Shown here piece after piece: positions 20,101 through 30,054 of a stretch of DNA of 64,000 nucleotides (within the stretch, counting starts at the first letter, position 1; every line of letters starts with the position of its first letter). Location: positions 109,761 to 173,760 of the IMG/VR virus record IMGVR_UViG_3300044729_003129, one strand, 5' to 3'. Source of the stretch: a virus. Position numbers and translations under genes: made by a program. Below the pieces are notes generated by a model. It was not told the DNA's origin, made no database searches, and saw nothing but the letters and a program-made list of their open reading frames with translations.

Positions 20101-20821
20101 TTATGTTTGGTAGAGTATACCACCAAGAAGCATTATATGACACTGAAGGAGCAATAGTATTTCCAGTTTGAGTTGTATAGATTGCAGCATATTTATTTAA
20201 TAATGCAGTCGCAAGTTCTGGATATGCACTCCCCTGAAAACGTGATCCTGTACAACGCAACCAGTCTGAAGAAAATGTGGTACCATTTGGAGCATAATCG
20301 ACGAGAGAACCAACTGGAAGAATTTCATTTGTGCTTACGACATTTGCAGCACCTTCGCTTTGAACCTGAGAAATTATGCTACTTAGCGTAGTCCATGATA
20401 AAGCATCTCCAGACTTACCTAAAATAGAAGCTTCACTTGGGTTATTGTTTGGTATGCTATATGAATGAGTTCCAAATTGTAATTGTGATTCTAAAATTAG
20501 TTTATCAGTTTTAATTGGTGTTGTACTTGATAATACATTACCTGAGTCATATAAACCAGAATTTCCAATTTTTATGGTTGGAGAAGATAATGTCCCTCCA
20601 CTAAATGTTTTGGCACCAGTTATAGTCTGTGGCGTGTCTAGCGTAACTGTTCGCAAAAGAGCAGATGTATTTTGGCCAGACGTATAAAATAGTGGTGATA
20701 TAGAAGTTTGTATATCAGTTATTTCTGATACTATACCATTTGTTTTTTGACGCCAAATATCAAAGGTGTCAGATATATTAACACCAGTTGTAGAAAACTC
20801 TGAAAATTGAATTGAATCCAT
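17114..20821 (-). CDS. Tail fibre/baseplate protein with collar domain, RCC1-like and FG-GAP propellers
   Basis: DTFDIWRQKTN anchor, LPVGS..WLRCTG..YPELA collar, GYNxxGxLG repeats and FGxSVxxxxxGxxxxVGAP repeats. Confidence 0.75.
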   Translation of the reverse strand: MDSIQFSEFSTTGVNISDTFDIWRQKTNGIVSEITDIQTSISPLFYTSGQNTSALLRTVTLDTPQTITGAKTFSGGTLSSPTIKIGNSGLYDSGNVLSSTTPIKTDKLILESQLQFGTHSYSIPNNNPSEASILGKSGDALSWTTLSSIISQVQSEGAANVVSTNEILPVGSLVDYAPNGTTFSSDWLRCTGSRFQGSAYPELATALLNKYAAIYTTQTGNTIAPSVSYNASWWYTLPNISGALIKAKPDNVIDTFIDRGNVFDIIRGTESIQSLSLANGGTGVLNLRHDPTLTVNVDRQLGIAPLAITPDKLANNSVDPSKLSLGGPSWDSTSAALFEGNDPNTRRRVATREYVDTLVFKKGPAARLVSKPSHAPHSSAPGFGEFCYINHDGVPIITGGSPYSRFGHADKYSHCEMPLPDNRKAVELHVTRYSACALDNEGELWAIGLIWHNPYNMVPFPGTANVDVRVKEWTKAYNPLYNYSAGNKIKKVIISGGYDINNVAVIDTSNRLWIAGYNQYGILGRGNNGTTTTNTATKPAGETTPVLENVFDACIIGTWNGTAETATCIALTSSGIRVSGYGSTGLRGDGLTPSAVNNTFNTVTISGITDYSSCRLYAGGEDSATTAFLTTDSGNVIYGWGYNGNGILGDGTTSNKNRPTLIWENPDLNINKIYTTAHVDGKGAAYIFGNKNNTTINLGSDLTTNISGDLFGSSLSCNDAGNIIAVGSPNPTVGKVLCYQYSGNTWSQYGSTINGTEGSSNFGKSVSLNSFGNRLVVGIPDGYRQASNIFGQIRVYNYSGNAWSQLGTNLNGSQAGSKFGSSVAMSGNGGVFVVGAPNMSKTINGANALNVGQVRAYSIVGTTISQIGSVIDGISVNQNFGSSVAINTDGTIIAVSSNGTGGAGIVKIYQLRFNEWTQLGGDIAGKLASDNSTIISLSGSGTRLAVGAPGNDANGSNSGQTRVFQYNSTTTVWEQLGSDITGLTAEGASGSAVVLSRDGQTLAIGAPNTDTLGKTDNGYIRIYRLVGSNWQLLTGNIAGTNATEKFGSTAALSANGNIVIGGAPTYNTNRGLVRALGFASAPTLVNEIWCSGTNTGNKFGITGESTQWRLSGPLPSGYSLEDFWCGNGYYSDNVNFAKAYRASDNKYYLFAVGKNGHYQAGNGSALQLNSWTRLNLSSEIVEKIVDIQCVSPYDSEDYTVLLLDDGSLYFSGYNAYMIDPNLPNNALRTDFTRIK

Positions 20822-20826
20822 TATCT

Positions 20827-21057
20827 TTATTTATTCTCTTTTTTTGTTAACATTTCAACTATTTCAAGTTTCCAAGCTAACAACTCTTCAACCTTTGCTT
20901 GTAAGTCTGCAATTATTCGCTCTTGACGGCGTATATGCTTTTTTCGATTGCGAGCTGCAACATATGCTGTTGTGTCTGTGTTTAGAATAGCATTTGAAAA
21001 AGAGTCTCTTTCAAGCGTTGGATTTTCTTCTACTTTAATTTTTTTTCGAGTGGCCAT
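20827..21057 (-). CDS. Small coiled-coil protein typical downstream of VrlC-like genes
   Basis: LERDSFSNAILNTD followed by a heptad-rich helix. Confidence 0.6.
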   Translation of the reverse strand: MATRKKIKVEENPTLERDSFSNAILNTDTTAYVAARNRKKHIRRQERIIADLQAKVEELLAWKLEIVEMLTKKENK

Positions 21058-21062
21058 AAATT

Positions 21063-24000
21063 TTATACTGTTGCAATTGCTCTAAAATCTCGAATTGTCG
21101 GTATATCAAAAATATTATTTGACATGAGTATAACTTTTACCTGGAAAGAAACAAAGTCATCACCTGGGTCAATTACATATTCAGTTTCAGAATATATATC
21201 AATGTTTGTATTAATTGGTATTGGATTTGTTGGAGTTAATTCTGTCCATACTAATTGATCATCTGTAGTAGTTGTATCAAATCCCAATTTAACATAAACT
21301 TTAATGTCTGTTTCAAATGTAGGACGATTTGTTGATAGATAAATATTTAATCGATCAGAAGGAGAGTTTAAGTTAACTTTACGCGTAATATATCGAGCAG
21401 TTGCAGATCCATTTTCTAATGGACTTACAATTGAATATGTCACACCACTACCAACTTCAGAGGCAGCTGTTGGAGAGAATGTAAGAGTAGTCGCGTTATT
21501 AGCAGTTATTGTAAATTCTTTTCCACTTAGTGTGCCGCTCGTTATTTTTAATGTTTTTCCAACAAACGCATTTGTTGTCCAAGTTGCTGTACCTTTTATA
21601 AGTGTAGTAGTTGAACCTCCGGTAGAAGTACTAGATTCATATACAGTATAACCTTCATCCGTAGAGTCATCATTGATAATATTTGCAATTGTTAGCAATG
21701 ATGAGCCATCAACATCAATCACAGGTGATATTGCAGAATCAACAGACATAAGATTTGATGTAAGCACTGCGCGTGGTCCAAACGGGACATTTTGATTACG
21801 TGATGTAAGTATATGAGAACTTAAATTACCATAACTACTAGGAATATAATTATCGCTATTTGCTTCAATACGTTCTGGAGATTCATTTCCAAATTGAATC
21901 CTATGAGATATTGCAGAATTATTAAATGCTAAGTTTGGTTGACGTAAGTTAAAAATAGACACCGGAATTTCCGCCAGTTTTGCAACCAAGTTGGGTACTA
22001 CTGGAGTGTTGCTGTCTGCAGTATTTTTTGTTACTATTACTGTAGGAGCATTATTATATCCTGCTCCACGATCATGTATAATTACGCGTGAAATACTACC
22101 GGTAAATGGATCAATTACAGCTTCTGCGCGAGTACCTCTGCTTGGATCGAATGTTATTGTTGGAGGCAACCCATATCCACTACCACCGTCTACAATTTCA
22201 ATTGTTTCGACACCAGTGTGTAATTGTGTTCTAAAATTAATGTCTCCAGACTTGATTGTCGTCGTTGCTGGGTTAAAGAATTGTGCACGGTTAATTCTAA
22301 ATTTTAGGTCCTGTTCTTGTTGAGGAGTCCAAGTAAAGGCATTTGCACTCGTAAAAAATGTACCAAGATATTCTTGTTTTTCTATACGTTTACCAGTAAT
22401 CACATCAGCTTCACCAAGTATTGCATACCAGCAACGATAATCACCATCATTTGATGATACTACCACTGCATACTCTTCATCACTCTTTAAGAAAACAGGA
22501 TCACTAAACCTAAAGTTTGTGGGCAATGAACCATTAGCACTTATTTGTACCTCAGATGGGCGACAGAATGTGCGTGAGTATGGGACTATTGTGCGTGTTG
22601 GTGCACCGTTTTCCATTGTTACAATATAAATTTCAACCGGTTGGAAAAGTGCCTTTTGAGCAAAGTATAGGTCAACTGAAGTTATAAATGCACCAGTTGG
22701 ATAGTCTTCTGAACTAATTATAAATGACTGAGCAAGCGGGTCACGATATGTTGTAGTGCTTGTGACTACAGTTCCAGAAACAGTTTCTGAAATTGGGGTT
22801 ACAGTAAATTGTGGCGTTTTCGTAGACAATATCGTCTCTTGCACAGTCTCAAGTATACCACTTGCAGTATATTTTGATAGTGCATACGTAGTTTCTGAAG
22901 ATGCATTTCGCGGATCATCAGTCAACTTAAATGTACGATCACCAGTACGGAATCGAATCGAACTATTATTTGGTATGATAAATGAACCATAGAGTTCTCC
23001 AGATGTGTCAGTAGTTAATGTTGCGCCATATGCGCTATAACCAGACTCTGGAGATGGTAATTGGTTTGATAAGATTCCATCAAAACGGCGAGTAGTGTTA
23101 TCATTTACTGTTGTAGGAATGATAAATTTGGTTGAATCGTTATTTAATATTTGATTTGTGTATGCTGATATATCACGATCTTCAAAGAATGGATAGACTC
23201 GAGTAGACGCCTTTAATCCAGTTGCATGGAAATATACAATTCGTGAACGTATAAATGGTATAATTGAAGTATCAACAACACTTTCGCCAAGACTTTTTGG
23301 CACAAATGAAAAACCAAGAGTAGTATTTGTGCCTGTACGAGTGTCAGTATATGCGCGTTGTGTAGTGGTTGTCGTAGGTATGCCACGACCTCTTATAAAT
23401 GCTCCGCGTGTAGTAGTTGTACTACTCGCACCCCATTGTCTAGTCCAGTTATTCCAATCTGTGCCAAGTATGTCAAGTGCTGGATCTTCTGCAATAAACT
23501 TGATTGCATCAAATGCGCTGTCATCAGTTACAATAAGATCTGGGCGAGTGATTGTGTCTTTCCAATTATCGGCAGCAGGAGACAGACGTATATTCCCATT
23601 AATCTTTGCATATATGTGCGGGTGAACACTAATGTGTGCAGTCGCTTTTAGGTGCGAAACAAGTTCAACCTCGTCGTAAGACAGCGTAATTATACTGTCA
23701 TGTACTCGTATTTTCCCATTGTCTGCAAGCGTAGTGCGTGTAATTGAACCACTCGTAGTATTTGTAACTGTAGTAGTTGTTGTTAGCGGACTGTCAATTG
23801 CAAGGTCAATGTTATGAGTATTGTATCGAGGACGTAACAGTCCAGCGTCACGGTCAACTGCGCATTGATATTGAGGATCAAAGACGTCGCCAACTCCATG
23901 ACCAATAAAATTATCAACTAGTATTCCATTTTTAAATCGTTCGCCCGCATCATCAAAAATTGGTTTATCATTAGCAGAACGTTCTAGTAATGATAACGAA

Positions 24001-26894
24001 GTATAATATTCAATATTGCCTATACGTTTTTCAAGGGCACCAATGTCTCGCATTGTATATCGACGATTGTCGATATAATTTTTTACAATTTCAGACACAT
24101 TTGGCGTGTATGCTGGAACGTTCAATGAATAGAGTGTCATTGAATTTTTTGGCGCTCCAGGCTCAACTGGAGTTAGAGATGGAATGCCTTGAATAATCGC
24201 AAACTCATTTCTAGAATTTACTGTAACCTTATCAATACGTGGTAAATAAAATGTAGCTGCGCAAGTTATAGGGGTATTTGGATCAATAATGGCTTTTCCA
24301 ATATTTGATACAACGCTTCCAACAACACCTGAATTTACAGTATAGAGTATGTCTTGTCTAAAGTCTAGCACATCAGAAAGTTTAATCCCAGAGTATGTTG
24401 GTATATTATCATATGGGGTGCCAACGCTGTTGTTATTTGAACTATAAGAGTCAACATTATACATCACGAGATCACGACCAGAGACTCCGCCAAGACGGTC
24501 ATAATATTCATATGTAATATCAATATTAGCATTTAATTGGCCAGAACCAATATATTGGATGCGTCCATTTGTATAGATGTTATCGCGTTGGCCGTCATCA
24601 ATTAGTTTAAATGATGAGGTAATATTTTTACGAGGTGTGTCAGCAGAAAACACACTTACTAGTCGGATAATATCGGTATTTTTAAGAGTGTATATGCGAG
24701 ACGCACCTCCAGACGCTGGTGTAACGCCACTGTCTGTAGTAGATGCCACACTCTTTGTAACTCGCGCTGCGGTACTGGCATTTACGACCTTAACTTTTGC
24801 AAGCGCACTATAAACTGCGCCTGATGACCAGTTGCTATTGCGCGGTACTATTGTAATAGTTTTTGCATTCGATGATATCGTTGCAGTATATTCACTTTGT
24901 GTTTTAGCGGTTCCATTAACTATTAATGTAATATCACTTGTGTCAGTAAATATTTTATTATCACCAACATTAAGAGTTATATATGTATTTGGTGCAGTAT
25001 CTCCGCTAAAAGTTTGTTGAACATAATATGATATATTTTGAAGAGTCTTTGTTTGTGCATATGGAAGTTCAAACAAGTTTGTACTTGATGTTGTTTCTTG
25101 TAAATTTCCACCAGTTACATTAAACAAAAATTCATTTCCATAAATTTGATCAATGTTATCAAATCGACGTGCATTCCAATTAGCAGTTTGTGCTGTAGAA
25201 TTAAACTTTACATCATATACATAACATTTAAATTCTGTAGATGACGCGCCAGTTGGTTCAAACGCCTTTATGCGACAAGTGCCAATAAGGACTACATTAT
25301 CACCTTCTGCTGGAGGTGCTGTAGTTGATAATGTCGTGTTGTACGCATACAGGTTATATGTATTTGTAATTGTTGAAATCGATGGAAAGGTAGAATTATT
25401 CCCATTGTCAGTGCCGGCACGTTGTATATCACCAATAAAATAGTTGCCTATATTTGCACTCACACTGACATTAAACTCTCCAGTCTCAAGAGCCTTTGGA
25501 GAGGTTAAGTTTAAACTTTTATCAAGTGCTACTCGGTACCCATCAACATAAGCAATAGATGGATCGAGAGTAACAGTAAATTTACCTCGTGCATCTTCAA
25601 TTGCTGCCTTTTGCTGAGCGACAGTTTCAAATGTATATCCTATTTGATCTAGATCATCTGCCTTGTATGCACCATGTATATATGCAACCTCACTAACGCG
25701 GCCGCCATTGGTTTCATTTACTAATGCAGTGCCTGATGTTCCGTCTCCTGGTGGTAAAACTGCTACAAATTCAGAACCTACAATTGCAGGCGAAGCTGCG
25801 CCGAGAGCAACCCAATCAGTAAGAGGAGCAGTAGTGCTACCAAGATCTTGAATGCGATAGCGCCGCCCAACTACAATACAATTTGCTGGTAAATTATCGC
25901 CATCAAATGTCTCACGTATTTGTATAGAAAATGGATTTACTGTATAGTTACCAGACTCTTCGCTTGTACGCTTTGCAAGTATATCAACAATTTCCGAGTA
26001 TTCTGCAGTTTCAACAACTTCTAATGGACGCGAAGAATTTATTACAAGCAGTTTTATATATGAATTTGATACATCTGCTGCATACACAGTTGATGTGATC
26101 CATTGCAATGTTAAGTCTATTGAATAGCGATCGGCGCCTGGAGCACTATAGTTTGGAGTGCCATTTGCATTATCAAGTAATGTATTATCGCTTGAATAGG
26201 TGACAATATTTTCATCAATCTTTAATACTGCATAACCAGAAAGAAGTGTTTCTTCAGACGCCTTATCAATGAAAACCGTTTGACGTGGAACTGCTACAAA
26301 TGATCCCTTTGTAAAAAATACACCTTCTTCACAAACAATTCCAGACGCAAACCCAATAGAAATATAAGTTAGATTTGATACTGATGGCAACTCATTTTCA
26401 GTTAAATTTAAATCTGAAGAACGCAATATTAGACTATAACCAGCGAGTGTGTCATCATCAAATTCAGTTTCGCCGGCATTTCCCGTATTGATGTATGTAA
26501 AATAAAACCTATAGATGTTTGCCTCTATTTGTCTATAACCAAGTATTTCACCACGAAGACCTGAAGCATATTCAATAGTTTTTGCAGTCTCAGCAATTTG
26601 AGCGACAGTAAATGCAGTTTCGGCAACAGATGAAACTGCAGTTGATAGGTTTAATGTAAGTGAGCGTACACTGGGCAAAAAAGAAGTCTTGCCGCCAATT
26701 ACTGCAGTATCATTTTTCCAAACACTGCTGCCAAGGCGATTAACTTGATCTTGCAGTGCAGACTGCAACTGATTAAGTTCTCTTACCTGTACACTATAAC
26801 CAGGTTTAAATAATACGCGAAGATAATTTTTATCGCCATTTCCAGACGCATTATAATCATCATGATATGTAGTGTTGTACGTTGTAACAGACAT
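21063..26894 (-). CDS. Large baseplate-associated structural protein (VrlC/DUF4815-like)
   Basis: YHDDY..KNYLRVLFKPGYSVQVRELNQLQS, APGADRY, RRYTMRDIG.LEKRI, DPLAQSF, IRDFRAIAT. Confidence 0.85.
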   Translation of the reverse strand: MSVTTYNTTYHDDYNASGNGDKNYLRVLFKPGYSVQVRELNQLQSALQDQVNRLGSSVWKNDTAVIGGKTSFLPSVRSLTLNLSTAVSSVAETAFTVAQIAETAKTIEYASGLRGEILGYRQIEANIYRFYFTYINTGNAGETEFDDDTLAGYSLILRSSDLNLTENELPSVSNLTYISIGFASGIVCEEGVFFTKGSFVAVPRQTVFIDKASEETLLSGYAVLKIDENIVTYSSDNTLLDNANGTPNYSAPGADRYSIDLTLQWITSTVYAADVSNSYIKLLVINSSRPLEVVETAEYSEIVDILAKRTSEESGNYTVNPFSIQIRETFDGDNLPANCIVVGRRYRIQDLGSTTAPLTDWVALGAASPAIVGSEFVAVLPPGDGTSGTALVNETNGGRVSEVAYIHGAYKADDLDQIGYTFETVAQQKAAIEDARGKFTVTLDPSIAYVDGYRVALDKSLNLTSPKALETGEFNVSVSANIGNYFIGDIQRAGTDNGNNSTFPSISTITNTYNLYAYNTTLSTTAPPAEGDNVVLIGTCRIKAFEPTGASSTEFKCYVYDVKFNSTAQTANWNARRFDNIDQIYGNEFLFNVTGGNLQETTSSTNLFELPYAQTKTLQNISYYVQQTFSGDTAPNTYITLNVGDNKIFTDTSDITLIVNGTAKTQSEYTATISSNAKTITIVPRNSNWSSGAVYSALAKVKVVNASTAARVTKSVASTTDSGVTPASGGASRIYTLKNTDIIRLVSVFSADTPRKNITSSFKLIDDGQRDNIYTNGRIQYIGSGQLNANIDITYEYYDRLGGVSGRDLVMYNVDSYSSNNNSVGTPYDNIPTYSGIKLSDVLDFRQDILYTVNSGVVGSVVSNIGKAIIDPNTPITCAATFYLPRIDKVTVNSRNEFAIIQGIPSLTPVEPGAPKNSMTLYSLNVPAYTPNVSEIVKNYIDNRRYTMRDIGALEKRIGNIEYYTSLSLLERSANDKPIFDDAGERFKNGILVDNFIGHGVGDVFDPQYQCAVDRDAGLLRPRYNTHNIDLAIDSPLTTTTTVTNTTSGSITRTTLADNGKIRVHDSIITLSYDEVELVSHLKATAHISVHPHIYAKINGNIRLSPAADNWKDTITRPDLIVTDDSAFDAIKFIAEDPALDILGTDWNNWTRQWGASSTTTTRGAFIRGRGIPTTTTTQRAYTDTRTGTNTTLGFSFVPKSLGESVVDTSIIPFIRSRIVYFHATGLKASTRVYPFFEDRDISAYTNQILNNDSTKFIIPTTVNDNTTRRFDGILSNQLPSPESGYSAYGATLTTDTSGELYGSFIIPNNSSIRFRTGDRTFKLTDDPRNASSETTYALSKYTASGILETVQETILSTKTPQFTVTPISETVSGTVVTSTTTYRDPLAQSFIISSEDYPTGAFITSVDLYFAQKALFQPVEIYIVTMENGAPTRTIVPYSRTFCRPSEVQISANGSLPTNFRFSDPVFLKSDEEYAVVVSSNDGDYRCWYAILGEADVITGKRIEKQEYLGTFFTSANAFTWTPQQEQDLKFRINRAQFFNPATTTIKSGDINFRTQLHTGVETIEIVDGGSGYGLPPTITFDPSRGTRAEAVIDPFTGSISRVIIHDRGAGYNNAPTVIVTKNTADSNTPVVPNLVAKLAEIPVSIFNLRQPNLAFNNSAISHRIQFGNESPERIEANSDNYIPSSYGNLSSHILTSRNQNVPFGPRAVLTSNLMSVDSAISPVIDVDGSSLLTIANIINDDSTDEGYTVYESSTSTGGSTTTLIKGTATWTTNAFVGKTLKITSGTLSGKEFTITANNATTLTFSPTAASEVGSGVTYSIVSPLENGSATARYITRKVNLNSPSDRLNIYLSTNRPTFETDIKVYVKLGFDTTTTDDQLVWTELTPTNPIPINTNIDIYSETEYVIDPGDDFVSFQVKVILMSNNIFDIPTIRDFRAIATV

Positions 26895-28273
26895 TAGAAT
26901 TGAATAATAATCTTGATTTCTTCAGTTTGAGCACTTTGACGATTTATTTTTTTGCGATTTTCAGCAAATATAACTTCGCCACTACGTGGTGTATACTCAT
27001 TGTTATTTACTGTTAAATAATTTATAGTGTTATTATTAGGTGCTGTAAATGAACCAGTTGATGGTACCACACCATATCCAGTAGTTGAGTTTTGGTGAAA
27101 ATAAACACGATGTTGGGTGCTTCCACCAACAGAAACAGTAGAATAGTTATCAAAATACGCCTTTATTCCAGTCGTACCAAAGGTTATTAAACTACCAACT
27201 GCAGGAGTACTTGTTGGAGCAGACGCTAATGTTAGGTAACGAAGCGCGGCTAGTGTATCAATTGATGAACCTTCAGAATATTCTATATCTTTTAATACCG
27301 ATATTTGACGATATGGTATATACAACCCATCATCCGAAATTGTATCAACTGCGTCTACCGCGATTCCAACATACCACGATGGTAAAGTTGCTGATGGTTT
27401 GTATGCAAATCCACCGGCAGGAGCAATATGTGGAACTATAACTGCTCCAGATCCAGTTTCAGCTGGATCAAAAATAAAATATCCATCAACTATACCTTTT
27501 GAAGACTCCGCGATATAAGAATAGTCAGCAGGCAATAGCACACTTTCAATCGCCCCAGTAGTAGAATTTATATTTACTGGGCATGTTATTGTAATTTCGG
27601 TGTCATTGATTTTTCGCGCAACAAACTGAACAGAATTTGTAGATGTATATCCACTGCCTCCAGAAGTTATTGTAAACCCGTATAATAACCCTCCACCATC
27701 ATTTTCAATTGCTGCTGAAATTGAATCAGCAGCAACTCCAGAAGAAATGCTAATAAATTGATCAGTATTGATATTTGCAGTTGCAGTAACTACATTATCA
27801 ACAAGTATCCATATATAACCATCACTGCCATAACTAAGGGCACGATAGTCAGTGGACACTGGAATGTTGGCAACTGCTCCGTCACCAGCCTTTAAGCATA
27901 GGTAAATTCGTCCACTTATAACTGCATAGCATGGATTAACTTCTCCTCCACCAACAAGTGTACTAGGATAAAAACAATCGGGATCAGCTGGACTGTATGC
28001 CTTATAGCGAGCGCCAGCTTTCCATTTTATTTGTGGAATTACCAGTCCGCTATTAACCGCATTAATCTTAATTAATGTAGTTAAATTTGATTTTATATCA
28101 GAGTCATCTGAAGGAATTCCAAGAGGAATAGGTATAACTAAACTTGTTGACTCCTCGTCGGTCGCCCATTGTTCAGATTTACCAAGCCCAAGATAATATG
28201 TACTGTCTGCAATATTGTCTAGAAAAAATTGAGCGTTGTTTCTACGAAAAGAGTCTGTTACGATTGCTGCCAT
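26894..28273 (-). CDS. gp8: Baseplate wedge protein (gp8-like)
   Basis: MAAIVTDSFR..NA, YYLGLGK..W, DGYIW, SGEVIFAENR..I.R...QTEEIKIIIQF. Confidence 0.85.
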   Translation of the reverse strand: MAAIVTDSFRRNNAQFFLDNIADSTYYLGLGKSEQWATDEESTSLVIPIPLGIPSDDSDIKSNLTTLIKINAVNSGLVIPQIKWKAGARYKAYSPADPDCFYPSTLVGGGEVNPCYAVISGRIYLCLKAGDGAVANIPVSTDYRALSYGSDGYIWILVDNVVTATANINTDQFISISSGVAADSISAAIENDGGGLLYGFTITSGGSGYTSTNSVQFVARKINDTEITITCPVNINSTTGAIESVLLPADYSYIAESSKGIVDGYFIFDPAETGSGAVIVPHIAPAGGFAYKPSATLPSWYVGIAVDAVDTISDDGLYIPYRQISVLKDIEYSEGSSIDTLAALRYLTLASAPTSTPAVGSLITFGTTGIKAYFDNYSTVSVGGSTQHRVYFHQNSTTGYGVVPSTGSFTAPNNNTINYLTVNNNEYTPRSGEVIFAENRKKINRQSAQTEEIKIIIQF

Positions 28274-28308
28274 ATATATTTTTATTTAATGTATTTATAT
28301 AGAAATTT

Positions 28309-30042
28309 TTAATTACCAAAAACCGTAGCGCATATTAATGGCCAATCAATCTTTGCATCAGTATCTTGTCCAGTGTACAAAGTAAAAGAGTCTTGTAAAA
28401 ATGTATGTGGTGATGGTCCTTGCCATATATCGTCTATTGTTGTACCAACTCCAGAAGCAACTACACAATAATTACTATCAATCATAGGAGTAGAAAAATA
28501 AAGTTTGTATTGTCCAATTGCGCTCTTATTTATATATGAAATATTATATGATGATCTAATCATACTTGATGATACATATGCCTTGTATGCTATTGCTGTT
28601 TCAGCAATAGCTGTATTGGCAGCAGTAATTATAGTAAATCGATTATTATCTAATCGTGTTATCTCATAATATCCAACAACAACACCGGTTGATGCATATA
28701 TAGATTCCCCATTGCGAAGACCATGATTTACACTTTGAATTGTTGCAATATTCGAACCGGTTGGTCGAGATACTGTATGTTGAGTGTATGTTATTGGCAT
28801 ATTAGTTATGACAGTAGTATTTGCTGCTACAGTAATATCAAATGTATGTTGTTGAGGATTACGAACAGTGTATATTCCAGCAGCTAAACCACTAATAGCA
28901 GTAATACTAATTTTATGATCGGCAGGCAAACCATGATTTACGCTTCGTATTGTAGCTGTAGTATTTTGGCCGACTGTTCCAGATTTTGTAACCGTGTGAA
29001 CCGCGTATGATATTGCAACATTACTTAACGCGGTGGCAGCAATCGTAGAAATATTAAATGTATCTGGTCCGGTAACTTGGATTGGATATGGTCCAATGGC
29101 AACTCCAGTCGACGCGTATATAGTATAACCATCTGGCAAACCATGATTTGTACTTGTAATTATTGCAGTTGTTGAACCAACCCCGCGAAATACCGTGCCA
29201 GACCTAGTTGTTATTGCAGATTTATCAATCGATGCTGCTTCACTGCCATTAAAATTTATCCAGGCTTTTGCAGCAGGTGCAAAAGTTTTTAATGTATTTG
29301 GTGAAACATAATCTGTAGTATCACTCGCCTGTGATACTATGCCAGAACCATTTGCTTTAAGTAAACCACTTGTAGTTCCAGCCCCTCCTTTATTCGCCGG
29401 TACAACGTCTAAAGAAATATTTCTAGAAGCACCCGTACCAGTAATACCAATTGGTGATTCAGCAGTAATATTACCTATTTTGACATTCAACTGCGATTGT
29501 ATATTATCGGTAACGCCACTCAATCGACTAATTTCAGTTCCAGAAACAGATCCAATTGTTGTAGTTAAATTTGGTAAAAATACATTTCCAGTAAATGTAG
29601 GATTATGAAACATTGTAGCCTTGCTTTGATTGTCTACATTTTCTAATCCCACGTGAACCTTTGTGATTCCAGTTACTGTTCCAGTAAAGGTTGGATTTGC
29701 ACGGTTTGCCTTAAGATCCAACTGTCCTTGAATACCACTAGTAACTCCACTTAGACGTCCTATTTCAGCACTATTAACTGGTCCTATAGAGGTTGTGGTT
29801 GGTAGCACCACATTTCCATCAAATGTAGGAGAATTAAGATTTGCCTTTGTTGATAAGACAGTTACCATTATAGGTGGCACACTCGAAATCAAATTTGCTA
29901 GTTGATTTGCTGCATTAGACGCAGTAATCTTTCTATTTGTCCCTACAGGACTCATTGTTCGATCATCAACATCAATGATTTGAATGAGATCATTACTCGT
30001 AATAGTAGTTGCCGTATCTAGGTCTGTAATTTTAACTGGCAT
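28309..30042 (-). CDS. Tail fibre protein
   Basis: KITDL anchor, KANxxSPTFxG shaft repeats, AKAWINFNG tip interrupted by three NHGL modules. Confidence 0.75.
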   Translation of the reverse strand: MPVKITDLDTATTITSNDLIQIIDVDDRTMSPVGTNRKITASNAANQLANLISSVPPIMVTVLSTKANLNSPTFDGNVVLPTTTSIGPVNSAEIGRLSGVTSGIQGQLDLKANRANPTFTGTVTGITKVHVGLENVDNQSKATMFHNPTFTGNVFLPNLTTTIGSVSGTEISRLSGVTDNIQSQLNVKIGNITAESPIGITGTGASRNISLDVVPANKGGAGTTSGLLKANGSGIVSQASDTTDYVSPNTLKTFAPAAKAWINFNGSEAASIDKSAITTRSGTVFRGVGSTTAIITSTNHGLPDGYTIYASTGVAIGPYPIQVTGPDTFNISTIAATALSNVAISYAVHTVTKSGTVGQNTTATIRSVNHGLPADHKISITAISGLAAGIYTVRNPQQHTFDITVAANTTVITNMPITYTQHTVSRPTGSNIATIQSVNHGLRNGESIYASTGVVVGYYEITRLDNNRFTIITAANTAIAETAIAYKAYVSSSMIRSSYNISYINKSAIGQYKLYFSTPMIDSNYCVVASGVGTTIDDIWQGPSPHTFLQDSFTLYTGQDTDAKIDWPLICATVFGN

Positions 30043-30054
30043 ATTTTATATTTA